Assembly (NCBI GenBank): GCA_965644295.1
Contig: CBFFRP010000076.1
Coordinates: 1-64,000 of the forward strand
Source: Paraphysomonas bandaiensis
Taxonomy: Eukaryota > Protista > Chrysophyceae
DNA length: 64,000 nt
Direction: 5' to 3'
Shown here piece after piece: positions 12,788-25,190 of this stretch; positions within the stretch are counted from its first letter, which is position 1, and the number at the start of each line of letters is the position of its first letter. The notes beneath the pieces were generated by a model. That model saw only the letters and a list, made by a program, of their open reading frames with translations. It ran no database searches and was not told where the DNA came from. The position numbers and the translations under genes were made by a program.

Positions 12788-13083
12788 GTGTACTCATTAC
12801 ACTCAGATACACTCTGAGAACAACGAGATCATTGTAGTGTATAAATATATAACTTTACGTCTACTAGTAACTGACTTGAAACTCTTCTAGAGTACCGCTC
12901 AAGTGCTATTATAGAGTATAGAGTGATACGGAGGAAACGATTGACATTACGATTGCATATCGTACATTTCAGACTGTGCTGCTTATTTTATACTCACAGG
13001 TTAACTGCGGCAAATAATACACGAATAATCACATACACCACTTTCAACTAAGAAAAAAATTAAAAGAGTTGCCCACACACTAC

Positions 13084-14889
13084 TTATAATTCAACCTCTG
13101 CTATGGTTTGCCCTTGCATCACCAAAATACCATCTCCGACATGTTCATTTTCGTGATGTGGAGGATTTGGGGAGTTCACAGGTGCCACTGCAATGGTGGA
13201 AACATACGGCACCTTTTTCCCAATCCTTGCCCATCTACGCTTGCACTGAACCGGGGTCCTAGTGCCCCCCATATGATCACTAACTAAAGCCCAAGGAGTC
13301 CCGTCACGACCGTCCCCTCCACCATATAAAGCAAAAGCATCTGTCAGTTTCTTGTCCTCGTCTGGTGTCCAAGGACCAACCTGTCGATCTCCCGTTGTGC
13401 GGTACTTTACTACTTCCCAGCGGTTATAGCACTGCTTCAATGTGCGACTTGGAACTAACTCAGTTACCATAGACCAATTGATGCCGTTCGACGGCCCAAG
13501 ACCCATGGCTCGTTTTACTGCATCAGCAAGTGCTTGATCCTCTTCCGTGGTCCATACCCCGCTACGAACTTTGTCGTTCCCAGTAGACTTTTCAGCCCAT
13601 GCCTGTGTGCTAGACTTCAACTCATGAGCCCCAAAGGGGGAATTCACCTCGGTCTCGGTTGAACGGGACGCGGACGGGCTACTATGGTAGTTATCCTGCC
13701 CTACAATCTTCCATCGTTGTCGGCACTCCGTATGGCGTCGCCCACCACCCAAGTGATCTGCCACTCGCCTCCAAAAGGTCGTTGACTTACGGCTGTCCAT
13801 ATCACAGCTCTTAGCATGCCCTTCGATCAGCCTTGCATCCTCCTCCTTACTCCACGGGGGAGTTGCCTTGCAGCGCAGAATTTGCCACCGAGTGTAACAC
13901 TGCTTCACATTACGCTGTCCATTCATCAGCTCAACAACATCAGACCATTTTACAATGCCGTCTTCTTCTCCACCACACTTCTCCACACTATCAACCAGGA
14001 GTTCGTCTTCTTCTTCAGTCCATATACCTTTCTTCACTTCAGAGTTCGATGGCAGCGAGAGCGAATCACCTTTGTCTGTTAAATGTAATCGCGCCCTCTT
14101 ACGTGCCCGATAATCAGTTTCCATGGTCGCCAGGGCTACGTCAGTGTGCTTATATACTAGTACGTTGTGCCACCGCCGCCAGCACTGGTCGATAGTTCGC
14201 ACATTTCCAAGATGTTTGCATACTTCTGCCCACGCTATGTTGCCATGTGAAGTCTTGCCTTTGTACAAGCTTACAGCTTCCACAAGCGCCTCGTCCTCTT
14301 CCTCCGTCCAGGGGCCGTTATTTTTGTGACAACCATCCACTTCAAGCAGCCTATTGTACTTCCGGCGACATTGAGATGGATTGCGAGCACCTTGAAGGTG
14401 CTCACTAACTCTCTGCCAGTCTGTCGAACCCTTCTTACTTGCATGCCGATAGAGCTGTACTCCCTCCTTCAACTTGTCGACTTCTTCAACCGTCCAAGTA
14501 GTTGATTGTTGAGTGCCCTCCGGTTGACGGAACTTGAGGACTGTGTTCCATCTCTGGTTACACTGCACACGAGTTCGTTTCTCGCCCATCGACTCACTCA
14601 CATCTCCCCACGACACCGAACCACTCGAGTTCGAGTGCTGTTCTACAGCCGCTATGAGCTGCTCATCCTCTTCCTTGCTCCAGGGACCCATTCTATAAGT
14701 GCTTCCATTCGACCTGTATCCGACTGTGTTGCACCATCTAAATGCACACTGATCAGGTGATTTACTACCCACCTCCTCAGACACGCTCCTCCAGCACACA
14801 GACCCACCACTCACGTCCCTTTTCTGAGCAACAACGGATCTTATCAGCTGCTCATCTTCTTCGTTCGACCACACCCCTGCGTTTTTCAT
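13084..14889 (-). CDS. MYB/SANT protein with eight Myb repeats
   Basis: 601-aa intronless ORF with eight W(S/T)xEE(D/V)xxL...W..V.....R...QC..RW-type repeats. Confidence 0.9.
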   Translation of the reverse strand: MKNAGVWSNEEDEQLIRSVVAQKRDVSGGSVCWRSVSEEVGSKSPDQCAFRWCNTVGYRSNGSTYRMGPWSKEEDEQLIAAVEQHSNSSGSVSWGDVSESMGEKRTRVQCNQRWNTVLKFRQPEGTQQSTTWTVEEVDKLKEGVQLYRHASKKGSTDWQRVSEHLQGARNPSQCRRKYNRLLEVDGCHKNNGPWTEEEDEALVEAVSLYKGKTSHGNIAWAEVCKHLGNVRTIDQCWRRWHNVLVYKHTDVALATMETDYRARKRARLHLTDKGDSLSLPSNSEVKKGIWTEEEDELLVDSVEKCGGEEDGIVKWSDVVELMNGQRNVKQCYTRWQILRCKATPPWSKEEDARLIEGHAKSCDMDSRKSTTFWRRVADHLGGGRRHTECRQRWKIVGQDNYHSSPSASRSTETEVNSPFGAHELKSSTQAWAEKSTGNDKVRSGVWTTEEDQALADAVKRAMGLGPSNGINWSMVTELVPSRTLKQCYNRWEVVKYRTTGDRQVGPWTPDEDKKLTDAFALYGGGDGRDGTPWALVSDHMGGTRTPVQCKRRWARIGKKVPYVSTIAVAPVNSPNPPHHENEHVGDGILVMQGQTIAEVEL

Positions 14890-14945
14890 ACTAACATCGT
14901 ATGTCTTTTGATGTCACTGCCCGCCTCTCTGTCTGTCTCGTTTGC

Positions 14946-15176
14946 ATGTATGTATGTATGTATGTATGTATGTATGTATGTATGTATGTATGTATGTATG
15001 TATGTATGTATGTATGTATGTATGTATGTATGTATGTATGTATGTATGTATGTATGTATGTATGTATGTATGTATGTATGTATGTATGTATGTATGTATG
15101 TATGTATGTATGTATGTATGTATGTATGTATGTATGTATGTATGTATGTATGTATGTATGTATGTATGTATGTATG
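14946..15176. repeat. (GTAT)n = (ATAC)n microsatellite
   Basis: Directly visible perfect tract of ~230 bp between two divergent genes. Confidence 0.99.
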
Positions 15177-15294
15177 ATCATACACTCTGATGTAGATAAT
15201 GTACAGCTGTATATATAGATGGTCACGGCAGACAGCAATATATACACCATACAAACGACGCCTAGAATAGCACGGTTGCATAATATTTTCACTT

Positions 15295-15687
15295 ATGCCA
15301 GCAAAATCTAAACCATCAATCGAGGAGCCTGCCTCCTCTGCAGCTGGGAAAGAGAGCATCACGTCAATAGTCACGAAGGGATTAACGTACAACGGTTGCT
15401 GGGATAAGGATACATTCATTGACTATAATGAAGTTATTTATTGGTTGAGGCAACTGCTTGGGTTTTTGATTGGGATATTTTGTGGAGTATTGCCTGTGAC
15501 TGGTTTCCTGGGATTCCTTATATTTGGAAGTCTTAATGTTGTGCTGCCATATTTCTTTTACACGAATTATTCGAACATAAATATTGATGATTTTGGTCCA
15601 TTGAATATGCTAATTGAAGGGTTTCCTCAAAGTTTTGGTGTGTTTTTACTGACTTGGATTATCCTGTATTCTGCCGTAAATTTTTAA
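15295..15687 (+). CDS. RAB5IF: RAB5IF/OPTI (EMC6-like) small ER membrane protein
   Basis: WDKDTF..EVIYWLRQLLGFLIGIFCGVLPVTGFLG...IDDFG...EGFPQSFGVFLLTWIILYS matches the C20orf24/RAB5IF pattern. Confidence 0.85.
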   Translation: MPAKSKPSIEEPASSAAGKESITSIVTKGLTYNGCWDKDTFIDYNEVIYWLRQLLGFLIGIFCGVLPVTGFLGFLIFGSLNVVLPYFFYTNYSNINIDDFGPLNMLIEGFPQSFGVFLLTWIILYSAVNF

Positions 15688-16387
15688 TGAGTATTACCAT
15701 CAATTCAATATAAATGTCTGGGCTAATGGAACTTTGTACTTTAGTTATTGTTGTTGAAGTTGCTTCTAGTTTAAATGACCACTTGGTACATCTTTATTTA
15801 TGATAAAATTTGAATCAGAATACAGAATACACACTCTATTCGCTTTGTCGACTAGAGAGTATTTATATATACATATTCGATGAATGTTCTTGTGATAACA
15901 ACTAAACACAATACTGAAATGACGTACAATGTGTGTTTCACTAGCATATGTGTTTATCAACAATACTGTCTCATATTACACCGTAAAATTTTCAAGGACA
16001 CGATATGGAGTAAGATGTTAGAATTTAATGGGAAGACCTAAAAAGGCTATAATAAATAATAAATTCCACTTGGTTAGTTATACATCTGATAAATTACAAA
16101 CTAGAGCATATACGTCCTTATGCACACATGGAATGAAGCCCACATGTTTTCGTACAGTAAATATTAAATATAAGGACGCGATCTATAATTGATTATTGTA
16201 CCCAGTCAGTTTGGTGGAATCAACTTGTTGAAAACTGGAGTATTTATACACTCCTCGAAACCTCAGAATCGCTGCTATTAACTTTGTTGACCAACTCTTT
16301 CCTCTTATCAGACGACTGCCTCAAAGAATCCATCGAGTATAAGCTATATAAATTAAAAACTATATTGCTTCAATAATATAAATAGTA

Positions 16388-16635
16388 GTGAAAGTAGTCT
16401 TATTATTAGCAATAGACGCTTAAGAGTCAGAACTAATGTAGCAAAACTGATTTAACGCCTTAAAATCTGCTTGTGCGTTACCGCAAGCACCTAGATGCAA
16501 CCTTCTTTGCTCTCTCTCAAAGCAAACACAGTGAGAAAGAAGAATTTTGATATACCTGACATCTGCTGACTTCAGCAGACAGCCCAATACCCCGGATTCT
16601 CTGGAGGTGAGCCCATTCCCGGATGCCTTGAGGTA
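16388..16635 (-). repeat. Family D fragment
   Basis: GTCTTATTATTAGCAATAG and CTGCTTGTGCGTTACCGCAAGCACC, plus GAGGTGAGCCCATTCCCGGATGCC shared with ~24050. Confidence 0.65.
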
Positions 16636-17129
16636 GAATATTAGAGTTAAATACTTGTTAGCACTCTTACATGCCTATTACCAATAATCAGACACTTACT
16701 ACAATCACTACAACATTATGTCAGTTTCTCTCTACCATAACTCATATCTCATTATTATTAACTCATGTATTATAATTTTCTACAATACTGTATTCTTAAA
16801 CTAACGGTCATAATTCGAATAACTTAAATAATACAGCGTTTACTTGTTTAAAAATAAGCAAAACGCAACAGATTTATTGCTTGTCGTAAGGTTCTAAGAG
16901 ATACGCTTCGTGCTTTAGTGAAAGAGTAATTATGGAAGGCTTTACATAAAGAATAAAACTAATTAGTATAACAGCAGGACACAGTTGCAAGAACCAATCA
17001 CATAGCAACGTATTTTGTATATAGTCAAGTATTCTATTTTATCTAATAATAATTCAGTCATTATTATTATATTTTCATTGATGCCATTATAATTGCCGGG
17101 AACTGGACTGCCATTAATGGGAAACATTA

Positions 17130-18222
17130 TTCAACCTAGTCAAATTGATTGAATTACCTAGTCACACTATTTTTGGTTGAATAAAACCTAGTCAAAAAGT
17201 AATAAATGACTCAACCTAGTCGATTTTGGTATTCAACCTAGTCGTTCTTATATCCATTATTTACTATACACTGTGCCTGTCTACTAATATACCACTCACA
17301 CCATGCAATATATTGGCGGCTTACAGAACATCAAAACAAACATTCAAACATAACAATAAGACCATGAAATGAAGGAGGCTGTCGAACTTCACCGCACTTG
17401 ACCCCACGATAAACTGCCCAATTCTCGTTTGATTGCAAAGATGAAATTTGATGTATTTCATGTATGTGTACAATGGTTGCATTTTCATTAATTGATGGCT
17501 AGAGTATGCTCCCATGTTTAAGTGAACTTTTTATTTTTGACTAGGCGAATACCCTAAAACACCTAGTTACCCCAGTCATTGTAAACTAAATTATTATATG
17601 ACTAGTTTTTCAACTACTTGACTAGGGTTTTACAACAATTTTGGTGTGACTAGGTAAGTTGAGTAATGGATGTATTCATGTGTATATAATATATATTGAA
17701 TGCCTTATTATTTAGCAATAGGCGTTGCAAACCTGCACTGATTAGTGGCTAGAAGAATACTAGACATACTATTTAGACCTCTACCCGTAACTAATCAATA
17801 CAAACTCTTTTATTCTACTATTTAACGCTACAGAAGCTGCTTGTGCGTCGCCGCAAGCACCAAGGTGCGACCACTTCCGTTCTTAGTGTGTGTTATAAGG
17901 CTCGCCATGATCGTGTGTCCTGGGACTCACCGGCGCGTGTGATCTGGAGGTCTCCCCATGGGATGAGACTCCACTGGGTTAGGAGGGGGCTCAGGGTTTG
18001 TATTAAGCCCCTGAGTGTACCGAGTTCAAGGTAAGTTGAAGAATTGATGTATTCATGTGTATAATATATATGTTAAGGAGTATACATGAATTAGAATACG
18101 TAGCTATATCTGAGTGCAATTTATGACTAGGTTTTAAACTAAATTTGTAGGTGTTGAACCATTTATTACTTTGACTAGATTTGTAGGTGATTAGGTAATT
18201 CCACCAAATTGACTAGGTTGAA
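17130..18222. mobile_element. TA-flanked TIR element (family E, Tc1/mariner-like MITE) containing a nested family D insertion
   Basis: TA|TTCAACCTAGTCAA ... TTGACTAGGTTGAA|TA; arrays of ACCTAGTC at both ends in opposite orientation. Confidence 0.7.
17697..18028 (-). mobile_element. Family D insertion
   Basis: Shared terminus TGAATGCCTTATTATTTAGCAATAGGCG and shared core; flanked by an imperfect ~44-bp direct repeat (17652-17696, 18029-18071). Confidence 0.7.
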
Positions 18223-18297
18223 TACTATATCCCAAAATATATTCATAGTATCACCTCTTGTACATTATTTAAACGTTCATGGCAATACATCGAATAC

Positions 18298-19917
18298 CTA
18301 CTGATCAAAATCTGGAATAAAATTCGGAGTCTTAGGACTATTTACTTCTTTTTGTATGATACTGTCCTCAGAACTGAAAGTAGGTGAAGTAGGAGGGACA
18401 TCAATTTTTTTCAATTCTTCATAACTAGGGCGTGTAAATTTCGTCTCAGGTATTTTCGATCTATTACCTACAGTAGAGTCTACGTGACATTGGCCATAAG
18501 CTGCACAACGCAGAGGGTAGCTCTTCCCATGCGGAGTAAAATACACAGCACTATGCATTGAATTTTCACGCCGCTTCACCAGCGTAGGCACTGTTGTTGA
18601 CACCCCTTCCTGACTACATGCAGAAGGCCTATATCTTAAAAAGCTACCGCCTGCGCTGACGGATGGAGTTTCGTTCGTACGATGGGAGGGTGAGTCTTCA
18701 AATAGAAGTGAGTCCAAGTCTGCACCAAGCGAATTGCGCTCATTCTCAATGCTCGGGTTTCCGAAATACGGACCTGTAAGCGTTTTAGGCATCGATTCAT
18801 GGGTCTGTGATAGTGAAAACTGTGATGAATCAGTCAATGCAATGCCCTTTGCTTTTCGAGGGTCTTTTTCATTATGACTGTTGGACTTCGGGCTATCTAA
18901 CATATCGCACTCGTTCTGTGAACTATAACTGTAAATTCCAATTGGATCAGAAATGGAGCCGTTGTCATCGCTACCTGAGCCACCAGGAACTTTCGTATAC
19001 GAGTACCGATTGCTGATATCTGCGTATCGTCGTAGTGAGCGATGAATATATTCTCTTCTATCAGGTGTCGTCGATTCATCTTTCTTGCTGGAATTTTTTT
19101 CACTATCAGTACACCCCATTGAACAAGTTGTAGTGTCGTAATGTCTTTCACATACGACACTAGACAAAGAGGGTACTTCCTCACTTGAAGGAGGGGGAGG
19201 TGGGGAAACATTCCTAACATCAGTCATACTTGAGTTTAGCTCAGATTTCTCGCACACGTCGTATATATACTTTAGGGGAACAGACACCTCTCGAAAAAAT
19301 CGTCTCCGAGCTTCGGATTTGTATTTCTGAGTTGTGTACGGAAGAATTTCTGGCTCACTCAGAACAGATGAAGTGTAGTTCTCCTCTTGTTTACAAGATA
19401 ATATATGAGAGAGGGATTGGTTAAGATCTACTCCGCAAGATAATACACCTCGGCGACGTCGAGGTGGAGGTATATTGGAAAATCGATCTACTGAAAATAT
19501 TTTGTTTGAATTTCCATTGTTAGACATCAATTCATGACGAAGTCGGCTAAAATACATGGCATTAAAGCATAATCATATTACGAATGATATTACCTACTCC
19601 TACGTCGCGTCCTTAAGTGCCAATCCTCAAGTTCAAAGGCAAAAAAGTCATCCACGTTTCTTGATATTCTAGTGTGCGGCGTGACAGTCTCGCAGACGCT
19701 AAAATCAGAATCCCCTCTGTGCTCTTTATCAGGAAAATGCTCCACGTCAAGTTTAACATCATTTGCAAGAAATGAAACGTGCTTAATAGGAGACTTCAGG
19801 CTATGCGTCACCTTCCCATTGCGAGGCTTATTCTCTGCATCCGCAATATACTTTTCCAGCTGAGATAAAGCAGACTCTTTTGAAGTAGATCGCACACCCT
19901 TCACTGACTTTTCCATT
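18298..19917 (-). CDS. Hypothetical Ser/Pro-rich, probably disordered protein, 2 exons
   Basis: ORFs 19590-19937 and 18298-19557 join in frame through a GTAATA...TTTTAG intron; no recognisable domain; start codon uncertain. Confidence 0.65.
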
Positions 19918-20520
19918 GCCTCAATCATTAAACACACAAAACACTGTGATCAGATGTTCGAAAGAGCAGCTCTCTATCTTATTCAACCTCTTCGCTGACT
20001 GAGGAGTTGGTAATGATGACGGTCATAGCTGCCTAGTCGGCCAATAATACTTCATACACTCCACACTAGTCGCAATGGTAGAGCTTAGGGTGGTAGATAT
20101 GCTGCTGATAACATTGTTAATTGTTCACTGCAGAGATTTAAACAATATGCAGCGTTCAATATTTCCAGATTTTTACAAAAATTACGGCTTTTACGATATC
20201 AATAAAATCTCTCACACAGCATGGAGCATGCCAATAAAAACGGCATCCTGCAGTACGATCTCTAGATGTGCATATTTTTCCCTGACCGTTAACTTGCCCA
20301 ATCGCAATATGTTAAAGCTTTATTCCTATCAATGATTGGTCAATTAGTATCAGTTTTAGCGGGAGCGGATACGGTTGTGGTTGCGTACACCAACACTGCT
20401 ATGGCGTACTCTGATGATACCATACCTGCCGCTACATTGGTGTCTGCTGCAAGCATCAGCAAATAGGAATAATTGTCACGCCGAGCTACCTCTACGTTCG
20501 TCTCAGAGATACACTCAACA

Positions 20521-23431
20521 ATGATTGTTACCTCTCTACTTGTTTGGGTATTCTCCTGCACTGGACTAATCGTTGAAGCCTTTCCAGAACAGAGCAGTGC
20601 GTTATTTGAGAAAAATAAGGAGTTCACTGTTTTCACAGCCAATAGTAATGGACCTGTATTTGGCTCTGAACAGTGCACAATTTTGGAGGGTGCGCCCTCT
20701 GGAAATAAGAAGCTTTACTTCGAACAAGGAATCGTTCAATTGACAAGAGATGCCACTGGAAGCACTCTCAGCGCACGGATTAAGTCTGTACTACTTCGCG
20801 GTGGCCTTAGTCGCAAACGAACCACTATTAGCTTTGCATTTAGCGATTCCCATGACGAGGTGATATTCAAATATTCACAGAGTTTGTACAGCGACTCTGA
20901 GTACATCGCGATATCTGGGAACGACAAAAAGTTTAAAGCCTCCAATGGCCTGATTCATGTTAACTTTGATGTTCTTGTGCACATAGACCTTTTTAATTTA
21001 CCAGTCAGTAGTGGCACGAACTCCAGCATTGCCTTAACCCCTGGCGAATCGTATTATTTTGAGCTACAAATATTGGAAGATGCGAGGGAAGGGCGAGATC
21101 CAGGACTCGTAGAATGTGTGCGTGTGGCAGGTGTGTATACTGGACTTGAATCGGACTGTCCGCCCATATCAAACGCATCTACTCCAACTATACACAATGA
21201 TTACATAACCAATGTGTATAATATATTGGCGTCGAATTCGTCGAATAAGGTGGCGTACAACGTAAGAGACTTTGGTGCCGTTGGAGATGGAAACACAGAT
21301 GACACTTTTTCAATACAAAATTCCATTTATGCTGCAGCAGAGTCTGGTGGGGAGGTGCAATTTCCCGAAGGGAGGTACTACACAACTTCTCCTATTTACC
21401 TTCCGAGTGGTGTTACGATATCTGGACAAGGACAAGGGGCCAACCCTCGCGACATGAGTGGGCTACTTGGAACAGTGCTTATGTACAGGGGCTATGAGTA
21501 CGCACTCGTACTTGAAGGAGACTTGATTACGGTGCAAAATATGGCAATATATGACGCAGGTACGTGGAGCCTCTCTCACATCGTGTATATTTTTAAGCTT
21601 CTTTGTAGGCATTAACGGTGGCACTGCGTCTGGTGGAATTTTACTTAATGCTAATGGCCGATACCTCGAGAGTATACAATTTCGAGGTGTGCTTGTATAT
21701 CGGTTCACTAATGGAACGGGGCTGAAGTTTTGGGCTGATAACGGCGGTGCAGTGACATACTCGTCATTTTATGACGTTCGAATTAGGTATATTTATGTCC
21801 GTGTGATGAGTATCGCTATATCGATTAGCACGAACAGCACTAGCTAAAGAAATAGCAGTACTATCAGCGCTCAGTAGATTTATGTAGTTAGGTACTTAAC
21901 TGACTTGAAAAATTGTGTATATAATTTTAGGTAGACATTTTCGTTGTGGTGCTATGTAATGCTTTGTAATATTGTCAGGAACGCCAAAGTAGGAATGCAC
22001 CTCCATGCCACAGGGACTGCAAGCTCATTCATCAACAGTAACAGTTTCTACCGAGGTGCAATATCCGGAGGAGGATTCGACTACGGTTTGAAACTGGAGG
22101 GACCAGGTGACTGTTACTCTCTATCTCGATTTGTATCTTGATTTTATTCTCTGATATACCGCAATGTATTCATATGAAAAATTGAATATACATATATGAG
22201 TTATGCGCTTCTAAAATGTTGATGGTTCAGAAGTTTTATCGTTGGATAATTTTATTTTCTAGGTGCTGTTAATAATAACAATTTCTATGGAATCGTCATT
22301 GAGCCGTATACATCAACCTATGGACACTTGTATGTGACAGGTGCCATGAGTCAAATCAATGGACACCACATCCGCATTGAGGCGCTGCATCAGCCAGAGT
22401 CTACTCCAATGATTTACTTCTCTTCAGAAACATATGGCTCGTCGTTGTCTGGTTTGTTTTCGCATGGATTGATAGATGTGAATCGCCTTGCTCATGACGT
22501 GGACATTGCCACTGGAAAGTATGTAGGTGCAAGTTATTCTAACAACAACGAATTCTCTAATGGGGGCTTCCGTGGCGTAGTTCCCAATGATGGGGCATAT
22601 GGTATACCCGAATGGTCCCTGACTACAATTCCATCCAGTAGTGCAGATATGGTAAATATATCTGTCAGAAATGAGCGGCAAATCATTGGCGAGCATAATG
22701 TTATCCGTATTTTGATTCCACCCTCTACTTCTGTAATTTTTGAACCGGCTAACGCCCCTCAGCCAGCTGTTGCATCTTTGTATCGCACAGCGTCTTTTGG
22801 AATGTATGTCCGATACTCTGACGTCCTTATGCATACACACAGTAGTGTTTATGCTACCTTTGACACCAGTGAATCAGCAGTAACAACTTCTCAGGTTCAT
22901 CCTGGTGACATAGAGTGGGTATTCGTAAGCATGATTGGCCTCATACCCGAATCAGCATCTCAGCTATCTATTTATCCCCGATTTTATTTTGAAAACACCG
23001 ACAGCACTTTATACACTGAATTAGAGGTTACACTACCATCCTTCTCGTGGGGAGAGAAGAGTCCTGAACCGGAAAGTGGTGCAATACGCGAATCTGGAGG
23101 GAAGATGTTCGGTACTTTGTCCACAGCGGTAGTGCGGCAGACAGTTCCACCCCCATCATCTAATTATTATATTTTGCCCAAAGATGGGAATGTTTTCATA
23201 TTCACAAGTGCTTATACGTACCCAACGATATCTCGCATCAATTACAGTGGGACAGATAGATTTCCTGAAGGCACAGTGATTACTCTCCTCTTTATGGTAT
23301 CCGGTGTCAGCGTCAGTGATAGTGTGTACGTGAATATACGATCAGGCTTCACGAGCACAAGTCATTGCTCAATCACTCTATTAGCCTTAGATTCTGGTAC
23401 ATGGGTTGAATTGGGTAGAGATGGTGTTTAA
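20521..23431 (+). CDS. Secreted beta-helix protein (Pectate_lyase_3/GH28-GH55-related fold)
   Basis: Signal peptide MIVTSLLVWVFSCTGLIVEA; YNVRDFGAVGDGNTDDTFSIQNSIYAAAESGGEVQFPEGRY; Asn/Gly-rich beta-helix rungs; four exons at approximately 20521-21559, 21609-21786, 21979-22106 and 22263-23431. Confidence 0.8.
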
Positions 23432-23703
23432 TTAAAACTATATCTCTGTGTAAGGCACTTGCACAAGGGCGATTTAACACGTGTTGATATACGCAACACA
23501 AGTATGCGCAATGCAATAAGTCACTGATGTTTAACTAATTATATATATTATGTGAAGTATTCTTTTGTAGTTTACAACCAGCTGAAATAATGAAGTTATC
23601 CTCGATGCGAAATTTCATTAAGTAGTGTAACTTAAACAGCATTGCTACTAGTAGTGAATGTCTTATTATTTGAACTAGGCGTTTATTATTATGGTTAGTG
23701 CTT

Positions 23704-24935
23704 AACAAAGTCGGATTTGCAATTTTTCGTGGCGTTCTGGGGGATATATTGAAAGTCTATATATTGAAAGTCTTATTATTAGCAATAGGCGTTAAAAACC
23801 TGCACCAAACTTAGTAGCTAGAGGAATGCTAGACAAACTAGTTAGACATCTACCTGTAACTATGATCAGTACACACATTTTTTATCCTACTATTCAACGC
23901 TACGGAAGCTGCTTGTGCGTCGCCGCAAGCACCAAGGTGCGACCACTTCCGCTCTGAGTTCTTAAGGTGAACATCCTGGATGCTTAACTTCAGCAGGCAG
24001 CCCAATACCCCGGTTACCCTTGAGGTGGGCCCTGTCCCGGATGCCCTTGAGGTGAGCCCATTCCCGGATGCCTGTTTATTCGTCAGGGCCCAAAGAAATC
24101 TACACAAGTGACACTTATTGGTGTACCTTGTACCACACAAGCATTCAGCTATGAGTGGGCAAAAGAATATCTGCTGACTATATGTTTGCGGCTCACGTTA
24201 ATTTCCCAGAGAGAATCTCTCTGGTACTTATCCCCCAGAACACCACGAAAAGGTGCGACTTTGTTGAGGATTCTGGGAATAAGTACCGGAGATATTCTCC
24301 CGGAACTAGTGTGAGCCGCATATATAGCCAAAACTACTTGTGTGGTACAAGAGACATCAATTAGTGTCACTTGGACCTTGAATAAACAAAATCATCCTGG
24401 AATGGGCCCACCTCAAGGGCATTCAGGGTATTGGTGGGATACCTTAAAGACAGAGAGCGAAAGTGGTTGCGGTGACGCACAAGCAACTTTGTAGCGCCAA
24501 ATAGAAGAATACTTGAGTTAAACACTAGTTCGTTAAATTGTTTTGCTACATTAGTTCTGACTCTTAGACGCACATTAAGTCGAGGTAATACCAGTAATAC
24601 CAAAACCTGGTAAAGCGGTTTATTTCACCAGGTTTCATAATAAGTTATATTATTTACTGTAATTTGTATCTCTGAAAGGTTAAAGATAAAGAAAAAATCG
24701 CAATTATAGTTGTTATTAGAGAAGTATTTATTGCGTTACAAGTTGGCCCTGCTACTTGTGTTTTGTACTATCATATTCTCATATAGCTACATTTGCCTCT
24801 CTTAAGATTGCAAACGCTCCAACCGAATAGCCTAATTTTGGATACATTGCCTACGTATATATAGCTACTTCCACCACCGCTACATGTAATAGCACCGCTA
24901 CTACTTATAGCTTATAGTAGTAATAATAGTACCTA
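23704..24935. mobile_element. Two family D copies, one inserted in inverted orientation into the other
   Basis: The minus-orientation copy 23750-24265 interrupts a plus-orientation copy (23704-23749 + 24270-24935) that is colinear with 10430-11165. Confidence 0.7.
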
Positions 24936-25010
24936 ATTATATGTGTCGAGTCAAAACCTGTAATCTACATCACAGAATAATGTAGATGGTTTTTGGTTAT
25001 ATAATATATA

Positions 25011-25190
25011 TTGAAAGTCTTTTTATTTATAGCAATAGGCGTTAAAAACTCGTTCCGATATGGTGGCTAGTTGAATGCTAGATCTACTAGTTAGACCTTT
25101 ACCCATAACTAATCAGCACAAATTCTATTATCCTACTATTTAGCGCTACAGAAGCTGCTTGTGCGTCGCCGCAAACACCAAGGTGCAACC
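25011..25190 (-). mobile_element. Short truncated family D copy
   Basis: Same TTGAAAGTCT terminus and core; TGGTTATATA direct repeat on both sides (24994-25003, 25191-25200). Confidence 0.65.

Noticed and set aside
17130-17250. CRISPR-like spaced ACCTAGTC repeats
   Set aside because: Repeats are 8 bp and irregularly spaced, lie in transposon subterminal regions of a eukaryote, and there are no cas genes.
23930-24090. Possible hammerhead ribozyme in family D (CTGACGA/CTGCTGA ... GAAA/GGAA on the minus strand)
   Set aside because: Stems II and III and the UH cleavage triplet could not be built, and core bases are not conserved between copies.
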